Shown here in pieces: positions 45,875 through 55,233 of a DNA stretch of 64,000 bases. The stretch's first letter is position 1; every line of letters begins with the position of its first letter. The position numbers and the translations under genes were made by a program. The notes below the pieces were generated by a model. The model worked only from the letters and a program-made list of their open reading frames with translations, was not told where the DNA came from and made no database searches. The stretch lies in contig CBDHDF010000010.1 of assembly GCA_965261545.1 (NCBI GenBank), positions 960,001-1,024,000 on the forward strand. Direction: 5' to 3'. Source of the DNA: Bdellovibrionales bacterium (GTDB lineage Bacteria; Bdellovibrionota; Bdellovibrionia; Bdellovibrionales; UBA1609).

Positions 45875-47920
45875 TTAGTAACGTAGCTTTTTAATTGATC
45901 CGGACTTAAGTTTTTTAAAGTCAGATATGGTTTTTTTCTTATCTGGAAAGAGATAAGCCTTTGTTTTCTCGTGTTTTTTGACAATGATCCTCCCTTGTTT
46001 AATATGGTGATAAATCCAATGAACTTTAACATCAATAAGTGCTGCAATTTGAGATGTTGTGAGGCTTCCCTCGACTTTGGTCGGAAAAGAGTGCTTTCGA
46101 TTCCGATAGATTTTATTGTTTAGTCTATAGGACTTCACAGTATTTCTGAGAAAAGTGGTATCCATTGGTGATCTGAATCCTTTTTGGGTCAATAGTTTGG
46201 CAATATCTTCATCAGACACCCCAAGCTTGACCTGATGCGCAATTATTTTCTTTATCGTTTCAGAAGATGACAGTTCATCAAAAGATCCAACTTTGATTGG
46301 AATGCTAGCTTCTGTTGTATCTCCTCCAATCCAAACAATTCTCAGTGCAACCATATCTCTTTTCTTTCTGTGAATGACAACCTTTTCAACCAATGTTCTA
46401 AGAATTTTCTTTTTCATGTCTTTGGTCAATATCTTATCCTCCCATAGCGAAGGTAGTTTTTGATTCAAATCTGAAAATTCTCTTTTCATTTTTTGAGAGA
46501 TCACAGTTGGAATACGCTGTTCATTCTTAACCCTCTCTAGGTGATCTTCGGCTTTTTTAAGTATTACTAAAGCCTCTTCCCATTGTGTTTCTAATTCATC
46601 TGCAACAAGTCTATTCTCAGGGTCTACTTTGCGATACCTCTTTTCTACCAGTTGAGCTTCATACCTTAAACGCTGAATTTGCTGAATGTGTGATTTGTAA
46701 ACCTCTTGGTCAATTTTTGACTTATTTTCTAAAGCCTTGGCATACAAGTCTAGCTCGACAGGGGAAAGAACCTTAAAAAAAGCGTTTACTACATAATCAT
46801 CGATTGGATCTGTAGGAATGAATTGGCAAGTAGGTTCCCGATGTTGTTGGCGTAGATAGTTGCATAAGTATCGAGTTGCTGTTTTATACTGCACTGACAT
46901 TTTGTGGCCACATTCTCCACAATAGACTATCCCATGTAAGAGGGCCTTACCAGGGCGAGGTATGCCTCTTGTTTTATTACGAGTATATTCAGTGTAGTTG
47001 TCTTTTAGAATTTCTTGTATCTTTAAGAATGTATTCCAATCGATATATTTAGGATATTTATCTTTCACAACAATTTTCCATTCATTAAGTGGAAGCTTTG
47101 TACGCTTAAGTTTTCCAGCTAAGTCTTTTCTACGGTATTCAGCTTTGCCATATACAAAAGTTCCGCTATAAGCTGGATTCTTCAAAATAGAAAGTATGGC
47201 TGCCTTGGATGTTTTTTTCCAATGAATACTTTTTACAAAATCAACTCTTGGAAGTAAGAGGTTGTTATCGTTAAAAAATCGCGACACCTTACCGGCTGAT
47301 TTCAGTTTTAAGAATATAGTAAATACTAAATTTATGCGATCTTGTAAATCTTTATTTGGATCTTTTAGCACTTTACCTTGTTCTGTTCGAATAAAACCAA
47401 CTGGTAATTTAAGAGCTAAATCTCCTCGCTTGGCTTTGTTGAGAAGACCTGCTGTTAATCTATTGCGTATCGTAAATAATTCCATTTCTGAGAGTTGACC
47501 TTTAAACCCGAGTAACATTCTTCCATTAACATTAGAAGGGTTATAAATAGACTCTCTATCAGCAATGAGGCAATTCTTAAAAGCACACAGATCAAGTAAT
47601 TGGTACCAGTCCGTACAGTTTCTAGATAGACGAGTGACATCGTACGATAGAATAATACCAATTTTTTCCAAGGTCACTTCTGCAAGGATATTCTTGAAGC
47701 CTTCTCTAAACTGTATACTACTTCCTGTGATCCCCAAATCATCATCGACAATTTCAATACTATCTTCTTGCCAACCTAATTCAGTAGCTCTTTGCCTGAG
47801 TGAGTATTGAAGGTCGAGACTTTCTTTGTTTTTGATGGCTTGCTGAGGGGTCGACTGTCTGATGTATATTATGGCTTTTCTCTTTAAGTGAATAGGTGTA
47901 ATCAATTCCGATGTTTTCAT
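45875..47920 (-). CDS. Large serine recombinase (resolvase + recombinase + Zn ribbon + C-terminal HTH-like)
   Basis: YIRQST, DVTRLSRN, ILKNPAYSG, LLHGIVYCGECG; ATG at 47920 follows GAGGAG. Confidence 0.93.
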   Translation of the reverse strand: MKTSELITPIHLKRKAIIYIRQSTPQQAIKNKESLDLQYSLRQRATELGWQEDSIEIVDDDLGITGSSIQFREGFKNILAEVTLEKIGIILSYDVTRLSRNCTDWYQLLDLCAFKNCLIADRESIYNPSNVNGRMLLGFKGQLSEMELFTIRNRLTAGLLNKAKRGDLALKLPVGFIRTEQGKVLKDPNKDLQDRINLVFTIFLKLKSAGKVSRFFNDNNLLLPRVDFVKSIHWKKTSKAAILSILKNPAYSGTFVYGKAEYRRKDLAGKLKRTKLPLNEWKIVVKDKYPKYIDWNTFLKIQEILKDNYTEYTRNKTRGIPRPGKALLHGIVYCGECGHKMSVQYKTATRYLCNYLRQQHREPTCQFIPTDPIDDYVVNAFFKVLSPVELDLYAKALENKSKIDQEVYKSHIQQIQRLRYEAQLVEKRYRKVDPENRLVADELETQWEEALVILKKAEDHLERVKNEQRIPTVISQKMKREFSDLNQKLPSLWEDKILTKDMKKKILRTLVEKVVIHRKKRDMVALRIVWIGGDTTEASIPIKVGSFDELSSSETIKKIIAHQVKLGVSDEDIAKLLTQKGFRSPMDTTFLRNTVKSYRLNNKIYRNRKHSFPTKVEGSLTTSQIAALIDVKVHWIYHHIKQGRIIVKKHEKTKAYLFPDKKKTISDFKKLKSGSIKKLRY

Positions 47921-48017
47921 ATATAATCTCCTCAATGGCTAAAGTTAAGTCTTTGATGACTTGCTTTTGAATTTCTTTTGGCAGTCTTGGCCAGACATCT
48001 TTTGGTGTAATTGACAT
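47781..48017 (-). CDS. Small accessory ORF overlapping the LSR1 start
   Basis: 78 aa; overlaps both the upstream ORF and the LSR start. Confidence 0.5.
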   Translation of the reverse strand: MSITPKDVWPRLPKEIQKQVIKDLTLAIEEIIYENIGIDYTYSLKEKSHNIHQTVDPSASHQKQRKSRPSILTQAKSY

Positions 48018-48307
48018 AGTTGCTCTTCCAGTTGTTGAGTCAGTGAAATTAGCTCCTGAATTGCAACTATACCAAGTTTGCTTGGGGCCTGCCTATCGTA
48101 GAGATTGGGGTTCAGATTGGTAGAAGCCAATGGTATGCGTAGCGTCATGTGGTTCTTGTATTGAACAAAAGCAAAAGTAGATTTTTTCTGATTTTTAGGT
48201 ATGGAAATCACCTTGAATGACTTCCTATAAAGGGGATGGGAGGGGTCCGTGACCCTTAGCTCTCTAAAACCTCTGTCGTTGACGGGGGTATTAAGTAATG
48301 GACTCGT
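47945..48307 (-). CDS. Body of a junction-split accessory gene (VTDPxHPLY motif, DUF5372-like)
   Basis: Frame is open to the element end with no ATG/GTG/TTG before the motif; in-frame ATG and RBS lie at the other end (45862). Confidence 0.7.
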   Translation of the reverse strand, partial: TSPLLNTPVNDRGFRELRVTDPSHPLYRKSFKVISIPKNQKKSTFAFVQYKNHMTLRIPLASTNLNPNLYDRQAPSKLGIVAIQELISLTQQLEEQLCQLHQKMSGQDCQKKFKSKSSKT

Positions 48308-50147
48308 TTGATTTCGTCACTGTACTGTCCAATCTCATTTTCTTACACGGCTCAATCTTTTGATCTCTTGCATCTGAAACTAAAGAGGCGCTAATAATTC
48401 CCCAAGTTTCTTCACTTATTTGAACAATCAAGTCCTGTAAGGTGGAGTGAGCGTAATTTTCTTCCAATTCAAGGCCCAGAAAAGCTCTGGTGGATACTGA
48501 ATCGACAAGATTAAAGGCTAACGCACGATAGGAAAGACCTCTTATGGATTTAAGAATAGCCACCTTGAGAACTTGCTCCGATGTCATACCAATATCACCA
48601 GAATCTTTCTTTTCTTTAACAAGGTCTTCATGAACCATATGGGCAAACTCTGGATGGCGATCAATGATGTTATTAATTTGCTGCAATTCTGTACTGAGTT
48701 GGTGGTTAGGATATTGGGAAAAGAGTCCCAACTGTGTCTTCTTCAAATGGCGCATAGTCCCCCCTTTGGTGAAAGTTTCTCTTTAATTTTTATATTAACA
48801 TACGTTTTTTTGAGGGAAAAAAGTGAGCAAGGATGTCTTTTAAGAAGAAAAAAATCAGAGAGGTTCTCGGAGAACATGGATAAGAATTCTACCTCATAGA
48901 GAGGTTCCCACGCCTCCTAAAACCTACATAAAAAATAAATGAAGAATAAAATATCAAAAATTATTTCTCTGAAAAAACACGTCAAGTATTTTTTGAAGTT
49001 GATGCGCAACGTAATGTTATTTCCCTGAAGGAGGTTTGAAATCACCACGGTGGAAACACAGGTTGATCCAACTCTTCCTCTCATATCAAGTAACCAGTTG
49101 ATAGCCACATAAGTCACTGAAAGGGAGGGGCTGTGAAAGGTTCGTCAAGAGAGGGGGGGGAACTTATTTTATTTTTCCGTTTTATGTAAGTAACTGAATT
49201 TACACGGATTATGTTTGATGGACTCCATTTTAAAGCATAAAATCTAAAGGGAAGGCATGTAAATACTTAAAACTACTTAACTTTCTTCCCTGGACAGGAA
49301 CTAGCTATGGCACGAATCATGGCCATACCAGATACGCAGTCAGCTTTAGACATTGCATAGGTTAAACGAATGCCTGAATATTCAAGAACCTTATACATAC
49401 GATTTTGTTCCGAAGATATTTGGCGGATCGTTTTTGTACGATAACGAGCCAAAAGTCTAATAGAACGAATCTCACGTGGAGGAATGAAGCTAGCTCTTAG
49501 AAGACCACAAGCACCAAGCTCTGCAATCCACTGGCTATCCAACACGTCAGTTTTTTTACCAGTAATATTTTTGACATGAAAGGCATTGATAACATCTACT
49601 TCATAACCTTTTTCTGTCAAATCATCGTATAAAGAATTCCAATAAATCCCTGTGCTCTCAAAAAGAACTCTCTCAACCTTATGTGGCTTCATCCAAGAGC
49701 GCATTCTAGGAAAATTTTTTGGAAAATTCTTGAACTCTTTTGTGAAAAACTTCTTCTTACCGTCTTCCACTTTGACAATCGTACACATCAACATATGTTG
49801 ATGAACATCTATTCCACAAACAGAACTATAAATAATATCCACATGACTCCTCCTTTCTGTTAGAAAAAAAGAAGGTGATAAAACTAGAGCCTTGGGATTT
49901 TGCCATAAATTCTAAAGCGAAAATAGGTCAACTTACTATGAATCTCCGGGGTAGTTTGGACGCACGAATCCACTATCCGTTCTTCGAATTTTTTCAAATG
50001 TCCGAGTTTTTAAATCATCCTACATTACATGAAATCATACTTTTTTAACGCTCTAATCCACCTTGGTGCATTTTTTTTCACCATGAGCTTTTCATAGTCA
50101 ATTCCAGGGTCTTTGTAGGGGGTGTCATTACTTATGACTGTAAAATT

Positions 50148-52058
50148 GGTTACGGTAGGAATGCGTGTTGCCACGCACCCCCCGCACAGATCCGGACGTG
50201 CTCGTTAAAGCATCCGGCTCCTACTTCAGGTGGTACCGCATAGCGAACCTATCTGTTGGCCACGGGTGGCGTATGGATATACGAGGCCAGAATAGACGAA
50301 TCATTCTATCCAACCTCTTCCACGAGAATCTCCGTCCACGCTGTGAGCGTCGTCGGATGGCTTTCATCCAAGCACTCCTGATTGCGCAAATAAATTTTCG
50401 TAGGTACACCGTACTTCCTGGAACCGCAAAATAATTGAGCCAGCCTTTGATGACCAAACCCAACCACTTTGCACATTCCGCTAGGTCCCTCGTGTAGACT
50501 CGTTTTCTCAGACTCAGCTTCAGGTGCTGTAAGGTCCGGCAGACTCTCTTGGATATGGGTTTACGCCCTATCCTAAAGCCTCCTTTCCTCGTGCGCACAC
50601 AAAAGTGAGTGAATCCTAAGAAATCAAAAGTCTCGGAGTGACCAAGACCTCGTCGGCGGCAATTTGCATTTGCAAATCGACCGAACTCTATGAGGCGAGT
50701 TTTCCCCGGATGTATTTCTAGAGAAAACTCCTTAAGCCTGCGCTTCAGATCATTGAGGAAGCGTTCAGCTTCCCCCTTGTATTGAAAGCCTACGACAAAG
50801 TCATCGGCGTAGCGAACAAATATCATGTCCCCTGTGGCATGGTCCTTGCGCCATTTCTGCATCCATAAATCCAACACATAATGTAAATATATGTTGGCGA
50901 AGATAGGGGAAATATTTGAACCTTGAACGGTCCCTCTCCCTGTGTCTTCTAAGACGCCTTGAGATAGCACTCCGCACTTGAGCCACTTTTCAAAGAGACG
51001 AATGAGTCTCTCATCTCCGATGAGGTGTTTTAGAAAGCGAATTAGAGTCTTTCTATCCACGCTATCGAAGTAGGATTTTATATCCGCATCCAATATGTAG
51101 CTGATCTTCCTACGCTCTATTCCGTAAGCCAGAGCATCCAACGCATTATGCGCTCCACGCCCTGGACGGAATCCGTAGCTATAACCGAGGAAATGTTCCT
51201 CGTAGATGGGAGAGAGGATGCTGTCTACAACGGCCTTCTGGACAATCTTGTCCTCCAAGGCCAGGACACCCAAGGGTCTTGTGCCCCCGTCTGACTTGGG
51301 TATTTCTACCCGCAAGACAGGTTGCCCTTTGTAAGCACCCGTGTGGACCCGACGATGTAAATCGAACAGGTTTTGCACGAGGTTCTCGCCATACTCCTTC
51401 CATGTTAAATGGTCCACTCCCGCACTGGCTCCCCTATTCAAATAGAGGTAAGCCAAGTGGAGGGCTTCCACAGATACATGGTGAAGCAAGCAAGTGAGCT
51501 TACCATCCTTTCTCTTTGCTGCTATACGGACTCGCTCCGTCGCCTGTGACACCTTTTCCCAACTCTGTGTTCGGCAGATGCTTTGACGGATTGAGTTCCC
51601 TTCAGTTCCACCCCTTCGCTCCAAGGACTCCGCTGGGCTTGTAGGCCCTTTGTTCGTCCTCTTCATCGCTACTATGAGTGGATCCGATTTCTTTATTTCG
51701 TTCATGGGTTACGGTTACCTCCTTTCCCATGTCGCCCGTCGCACATGACGGGGTTAAATAAAGACCTCCCGAGGTCCCGAGATAAGATTCATGTATGTGC
51801 CAGTTTCTACGACGCCGTGGAGTCACCCACCAACTCACCATAGCGCTGGTGGGTATGTTGCGTTCGGCTACCATGACAGCCTCCGCACTCCAGAGTTCGG
51901 CATTTTCGACGCTCAATTATTTGGCCCACACACACCCCTACCGATACATCGCTTCGGCCTCACGGCCGACAGCGCACGGCTTGGGGAGAGAAGTGGTCGG
52001 TTGACCTTCCTCTCGGGGGACTCTAACCCCCTATCTTATCTCAGTTCGCCCGGCGAAC
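50148..52058 (-). mobile_element. Group II intron, copy 1, intact (class E-like)
   Basis: 5' GTTCGCCGG; D5 GAGCCGGATGC...GTCCGGATC; D6 ending CCTACCGTAAC(C), 3' end +/-1 nt; EBS1 TATGGT in hairpin 51826-51853 pairs with 5' exon GCCATG. Confidence 0.9.
50221..51705 (-). CDS. ltrA: Group II intron RT/maturase, no endonuclease domain
   Basis: AGVD, IPKSDG.TRPLG, YGFRPGR, QGSNISP, RYADD, FDFLGFTH, GWLNYF. Confidence 0.95.
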   Translation of the reverse strand: MNEIKKSDPLIVAMKRTNKGPTSPAESLERRGGTEGNSIRQSICRTQSWEKVSQATERVRIAAKRKDGKLTCLLHHVSVEALHLAYLYLNRGASAGVDHLTWKEYGENLVQNLFDLHRRVHTGAYKGQPVLRVEIPKSDGGTRPLGVLALEDKIVQKAVVDSILSPIYEEHFLGYSYGFRPGRGAHNALDALAYGIERRKISYILDADIKSYFDSVDRKTLIRFLKHLIGDERLIRLFEKWLKCGVLSQGVLEDTGRGTVQGSNISPIFANIYLHYVLDLWMQKWRKDHATGDMIFVRYADDFVVGFQYKGEAERFLNDLKRRLKEFSLEIHPGKTRLIEFGRFANANCRRRGLGHSETFDFLGFTHFCVRTRKGGFRIGRKPISKRVCRTLQHLKLSLRKRVYTRDLAECAKWLGLVIKGWLNYFAVPGSTVYLRKFICAIRSAWMKAIRRRSQRGRRFSWKRLDRMIRLFWPRISIRHPWPTDRFAMRYHLK

Positions 52059-53275
52059 CATGGCATTGCCCGCACCAGTTGGTTACGGTAGGAATGCGTG
52101 TTGCCACGCACCCCCCGCACAGATCCGGACGTGCTCGTTAAAGCATCCGGCTCCTACTTCAGGTGGTACCGCATAGCGAACCTATCTGTTGGCCACGGGT
52201 GGCGTATGGATATACGAGGCCAGAATAGACGAATCATTCTATCCAACCTCTTCCACGAGAATCTCCGTCCACGCTGTGAGCGTCGTCGGATGGCTTTCAT
52301 CCAAGCACTCCTGATTGCGCAAATAAATTTTCGTAGGTACACCGTACTTCCTGGAACCGCAAAATAATTGAGCCAGCCTTTGATGACCAAACCCAACCAC
52401 TTTGCACATTCCGCTAGGTCCCTCGTGTAGACTCGTTTTCTCAGACTCAGCTTCAGGTGCTGTAAGGTCCGGCAGACTCTCTTGGATATGGGTTTACGCC
52501 CTATCCTAAAGCCTCCTTTCCTCGTGCGCACACAAAAGTGAGTGAATCCTAAGAAATCAAAAGTCTCGGAGTGACCAAGACCTCGTCGGCGGCAATTTGC
52601 ATTTGCAAATCGACCGAACTCTATGAGGCGAGTTTTCCCCGGATGTATTTCTAGAGAAAACTCCTTAAGCCTGCGCTTCAGATCATTGAGGAAGCGTTCA
52701 GCTTCCCCCTTGTATTGAAAGCCTACGACAAAGTCATCGGCGTAGCGAACAAATATCATGTCCCCTGTGGCATGGTCCTTGCGCCATTTCTGCATCCATA
52801 AATCCAACACATAATGTAAATATATGTTGGCGAAGATAGGGGAAATATTTGAACCTTGAACGGTCCCTCTCCCTGTGTCTTCTAAGACGCCTTGAGATAG
52901 CACTCCGCACTTGAGCCACTTTTCAAAGAGACGAATGAGTCTCTCATCTCCGATGAGGTGTTTTAGAAAGCGAATTAGAGTCTTTCTATCCACGCTATCG
53001 AAGTAGGATTTTATATCCGCATCCAATATGTAGCTGATCTTTCTACGCTCTATTCCGTAAGCCAGAGCATCCAACGCATTATGCGCTCCACGCCCTGGAC
53101 GGAATCCGTAGCTATAACCGAGGAAATGTTCCTCGTAGATGGGAGAGAGGATGCTGTCTACAACGGCCTTCTGGACAATCTTGTCCTCCAAGGCCAGGAC
53201 ACCCAAGGGTCTTGTGCCCCCGTCTGACTTGGGTATTTCTACCCGCAAGACAGGTTGCCCTTTGTAAGCACCCGT

Positions 53276-55213
53276 TACTCCTCGGACACAATAGACAACT
53301 TTTCCATTGAAATTTCCATAAATATATATAATCATTCACTTTATGCAAGTGGTCGTAAATATGCTCACTATCGTTGGCATCCACCTGAGGATTCTTCCCA
53401 TTTAGCTTCGAACCATAGTCAAAGGAATGATAATGGCCCACCAAACAAAACATCAAAATCCATGGACAGCTCAGCTAAAAAGTGTCTATCAAAGCGACCA
53501 AACCACACGGATTCAACAGACATACGAAGTTGTTGTTCCAAAAATAAAGAAACAATTAAAGCAGAAAGTAAAACAACAGAAAATAATGGAGGTTAAAAAT
53601 GGAAACATCAGTAGCTCTTTATTGTCGAGTGTCCTCAGATAAACAAGCTCAAGAGGGAACCATTGATTCACAGATTTCTAGTCTTCACGATTTCGCTAAG
53701 GAACACAATTTTTGTGTAGAGGAGGATCTTATATTTATGGATAATGGTGTGAGTGGCGCCACCCTTGTTCGTCCTGCTTTAGACTCTCTTCGCGACAAAG
53801 CTTTTTCTGGGGAGGTTACAAAGGTACTTGTGTTATGTCCAGACAGATTAGCTCGTAAATATGCCCATCAATTGATTCTAATTGAAGAATTTCAGAGGCT
53901 AGGTGTTGAAATTATTTTTTCTAATAGAGATATTACAAATTCACCCGAAGATCAGCTTTTGCTACAAATACAAGGAGTCATTTCAGAATATGAAAGAGAA
54001 AAAATTATGGAAAGAAGTCGAAGGGGTAAACTTCAAAAGGCTTCTAAGGGCTTTGTTAGCGTTTTATGTGGAGCCCCCTATGGTTATATATATATTCTGA
54101 AAACAGACTCCGCTGACGCACGATATGAAATCCATCCAGAAGAGTCTAAAGTTGTTAAAAATATTTTTCAAATGTATTGCCGAAACAAACTAAGTATTAG
54201 AGCAATTGCAAAGGAATTAAATATAAGGGGGGTGCCTACTAGAAGACAACAAGGTATTTGGGGGCGTTCAACTATCTTGTGTATGCTTAAAAATCCCGCT
54301 TATTATGGACAAGCTGCTTTTAGAAAGACTATCAAGGTAGAAAGGTTGCGTCCAACCAAGTTCGCAAGAGACAATAATTTTTATCCAAAAAAACATAAAT
54401 CAAGTTCTTCCAATCGAAATAAAAAGGATTGGATATATATTCCCGTTCCATCTATAATTTCTTCAAAAACTTTTCAAGATGCGTCCAGCCAATTGGAAGC
54501 TAACAAAAAACTTTCCTCTCGGAATAATAAAAAATATGAGTATTTGTTAAGTGGTCTTTTACGATGCAAAGAGTGTGGTTATTCGATCTATGGCAAACCT
54601 GCTTCTCACTCAAGGTATAAGCTTTGTTATTATCGCTGCATGGGACAAGATGGTTATAGGTGGCCAGCTAAAGGTAGAGTTTGCTCATCTCATCCCGTAA
54701 GAGTTGAAGTTTTAGATGACTTAGTTTGGGAACAAACAGTTAAATTACTTGAAAATCCTCAGACAGTTATAGATGAGTATACAAGTAGAATTCATGAGCA
54801 AAAAGGTGAACAACAATCATTGGAAAAATTAATTGTAAAAAAGGCTCAGGAGATTCGTCAAATAACACATGAAAAGGAACGTCTCTTGGATCTTTATCAA
54901 AATGGAACTCTAAATCTATCAGAAATAGAGTCACGATTAAAAAAAATAAGAGGAAAAATAAAGCAACTTGAAAATGAAAAGCAATCTTTAGAGTATGAGC
55001 AAAGGCAAGAAGGACAACAACTACAGCTTGTAGATCAACTCCAAGAATTCCAAAAAAAAGTGAGTGCCAATTTAAAGGTATTGAGTTTTGAGCAAAAAAA
55101 GGAGATTGTAAGGCTACTGGTGAAGGAGGTTGAGGTGAACATTAAGGCAAGTGAAATTGTAGTTCGACACGTTGTGCCAACCTCCAAAAGTTTGCCATTG
55201 TGTCCGGGGAGTA
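53276..55213 (+). mobile_element. Large serine recombinase mini-element 2 (1940-bp unit)
   Basis: GT core duplicated (53274-53275, 55214-55215); 28-bp imperfect terminal IRs TACTCC(T/C)CGGACACAAT...AACTTTT. Confidence 0.92.
53433..53642 (+). CDS. Small ORF overlapping the LSR2 start
   Basis: MAHQ...RIQQTYEVVVP...; position resembles accessory ORFs seen upstream of such LSRs. Confidence 0.45.
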   Translation: MAHQTKHQNPWTAQLKSVYQSDQTTRIQQTYEVVVPKIKKQLKQKVKQQKIMEVKNGNISSSLLSSVLR

Positions 55214-55233
55214 GTGTGGACCCGACGATGTAA
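53599..55233 (+). CDS. Large serine recombinase (544 aa; stop codon supplied by the target DNA)
   Basis: YCRVSS, RPALDSLRD, DRLARK, EYEREKI.ERSRRGK, LLSGLLRCKECG; GGAGG RBS. Confidence 0.94.
   Translation: METSVALYCRVSSDKQAQEGTIDSQISSLHDFAKEHNFCVEEDLIFMDNGVSGATLVRPALDSLRDKAFSGEVTKVLVLCPDRLARKYAHQLILIEEFQRLGVEIIFSNRDITNSPEDQLLLQIQGVISEYEREKIMERSRRGKLQKASKGFVSVLCGAPYGYIYILKTDSADARYEIHPEESKVVKNIFQMYCRNKLSIRAIAKELNIRGVPTRRQQGIWGRSTILCMLKNPAYYGQAAFRKTIKVERLRPTKFARDNNFYPKKHKSSSSNRNKKDWIYIPVPSIISSKTFQDASSQLEANKKLSSRNNKKYEYLLSGLLRCKECGYSIYGKPASHSRYKLCYYRCMGQDGYRWPAKGRVCSSHPVRVEVLDDLVWEQTVKLLENPQTVIDEYTSRIHEQKGEQQSLEKLIVKKAQEIRQITHEKERLLDLYQNGTLNLSEIESRLKKIRGKIKQLENEKQSLEYEQRQEGQQLQLVDQLQEFQKKVSANLKVLSFEQKKEIVRLLVKEVEVNIKASEIVVRHVVPTSKSLPLCPGSSVDPTM

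Larger units (their letters stand above)
45852..48306 (-). mobile_element. Large serine recombinase mini-element 1 (2457-bp unit)
   Basis: Absent from ISDol1 copy 1; TTTGAT shared at both junctions (45850-45855, 48307-48312); subterminal inverted motif TT(G/A)ATACCCCC symmetric about a TT core. Confidence 0.88.
44700..49301 (-). mobile_element. ISNCY (ISDol1-like) element, copy 2, interrupted by LSR element 1
   Basis: Reverse complement of 37685-39831; TSD TAGCTA at 44694-44699 and 49302-49307; transposase halves 44934-45855 and 48307-48755. Confidence 0.9.
44033..49842 (-). pseudogene. IS110 recombinase, outer copy (interrupted by ISDol1-like copy 2; T8 frameshift at 44325-44332)
   Basis: GIDVH, ESTGIYW, KTDVLDSQW (DEDD), LLQTIPGI, NESAGK. 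Confidence 0.9.

Noticed and set aside
50221..51705. RT as a retron, DGR or defence RT
   Set aside because: Followed directly by D5/D6, present in three copies, has a maturase domain; no TR/VR or msr-msd seen
52071..52075. Canonical GTGCG as the intron 5' end (also 55944-55948)
   Set aside because: ATTGCCCGCAC also occurs at the IS21 right end (59459-59469, reverse strand), so it is IS21 sequence; EBS1-IBS1 pairing supports the GTTCG start
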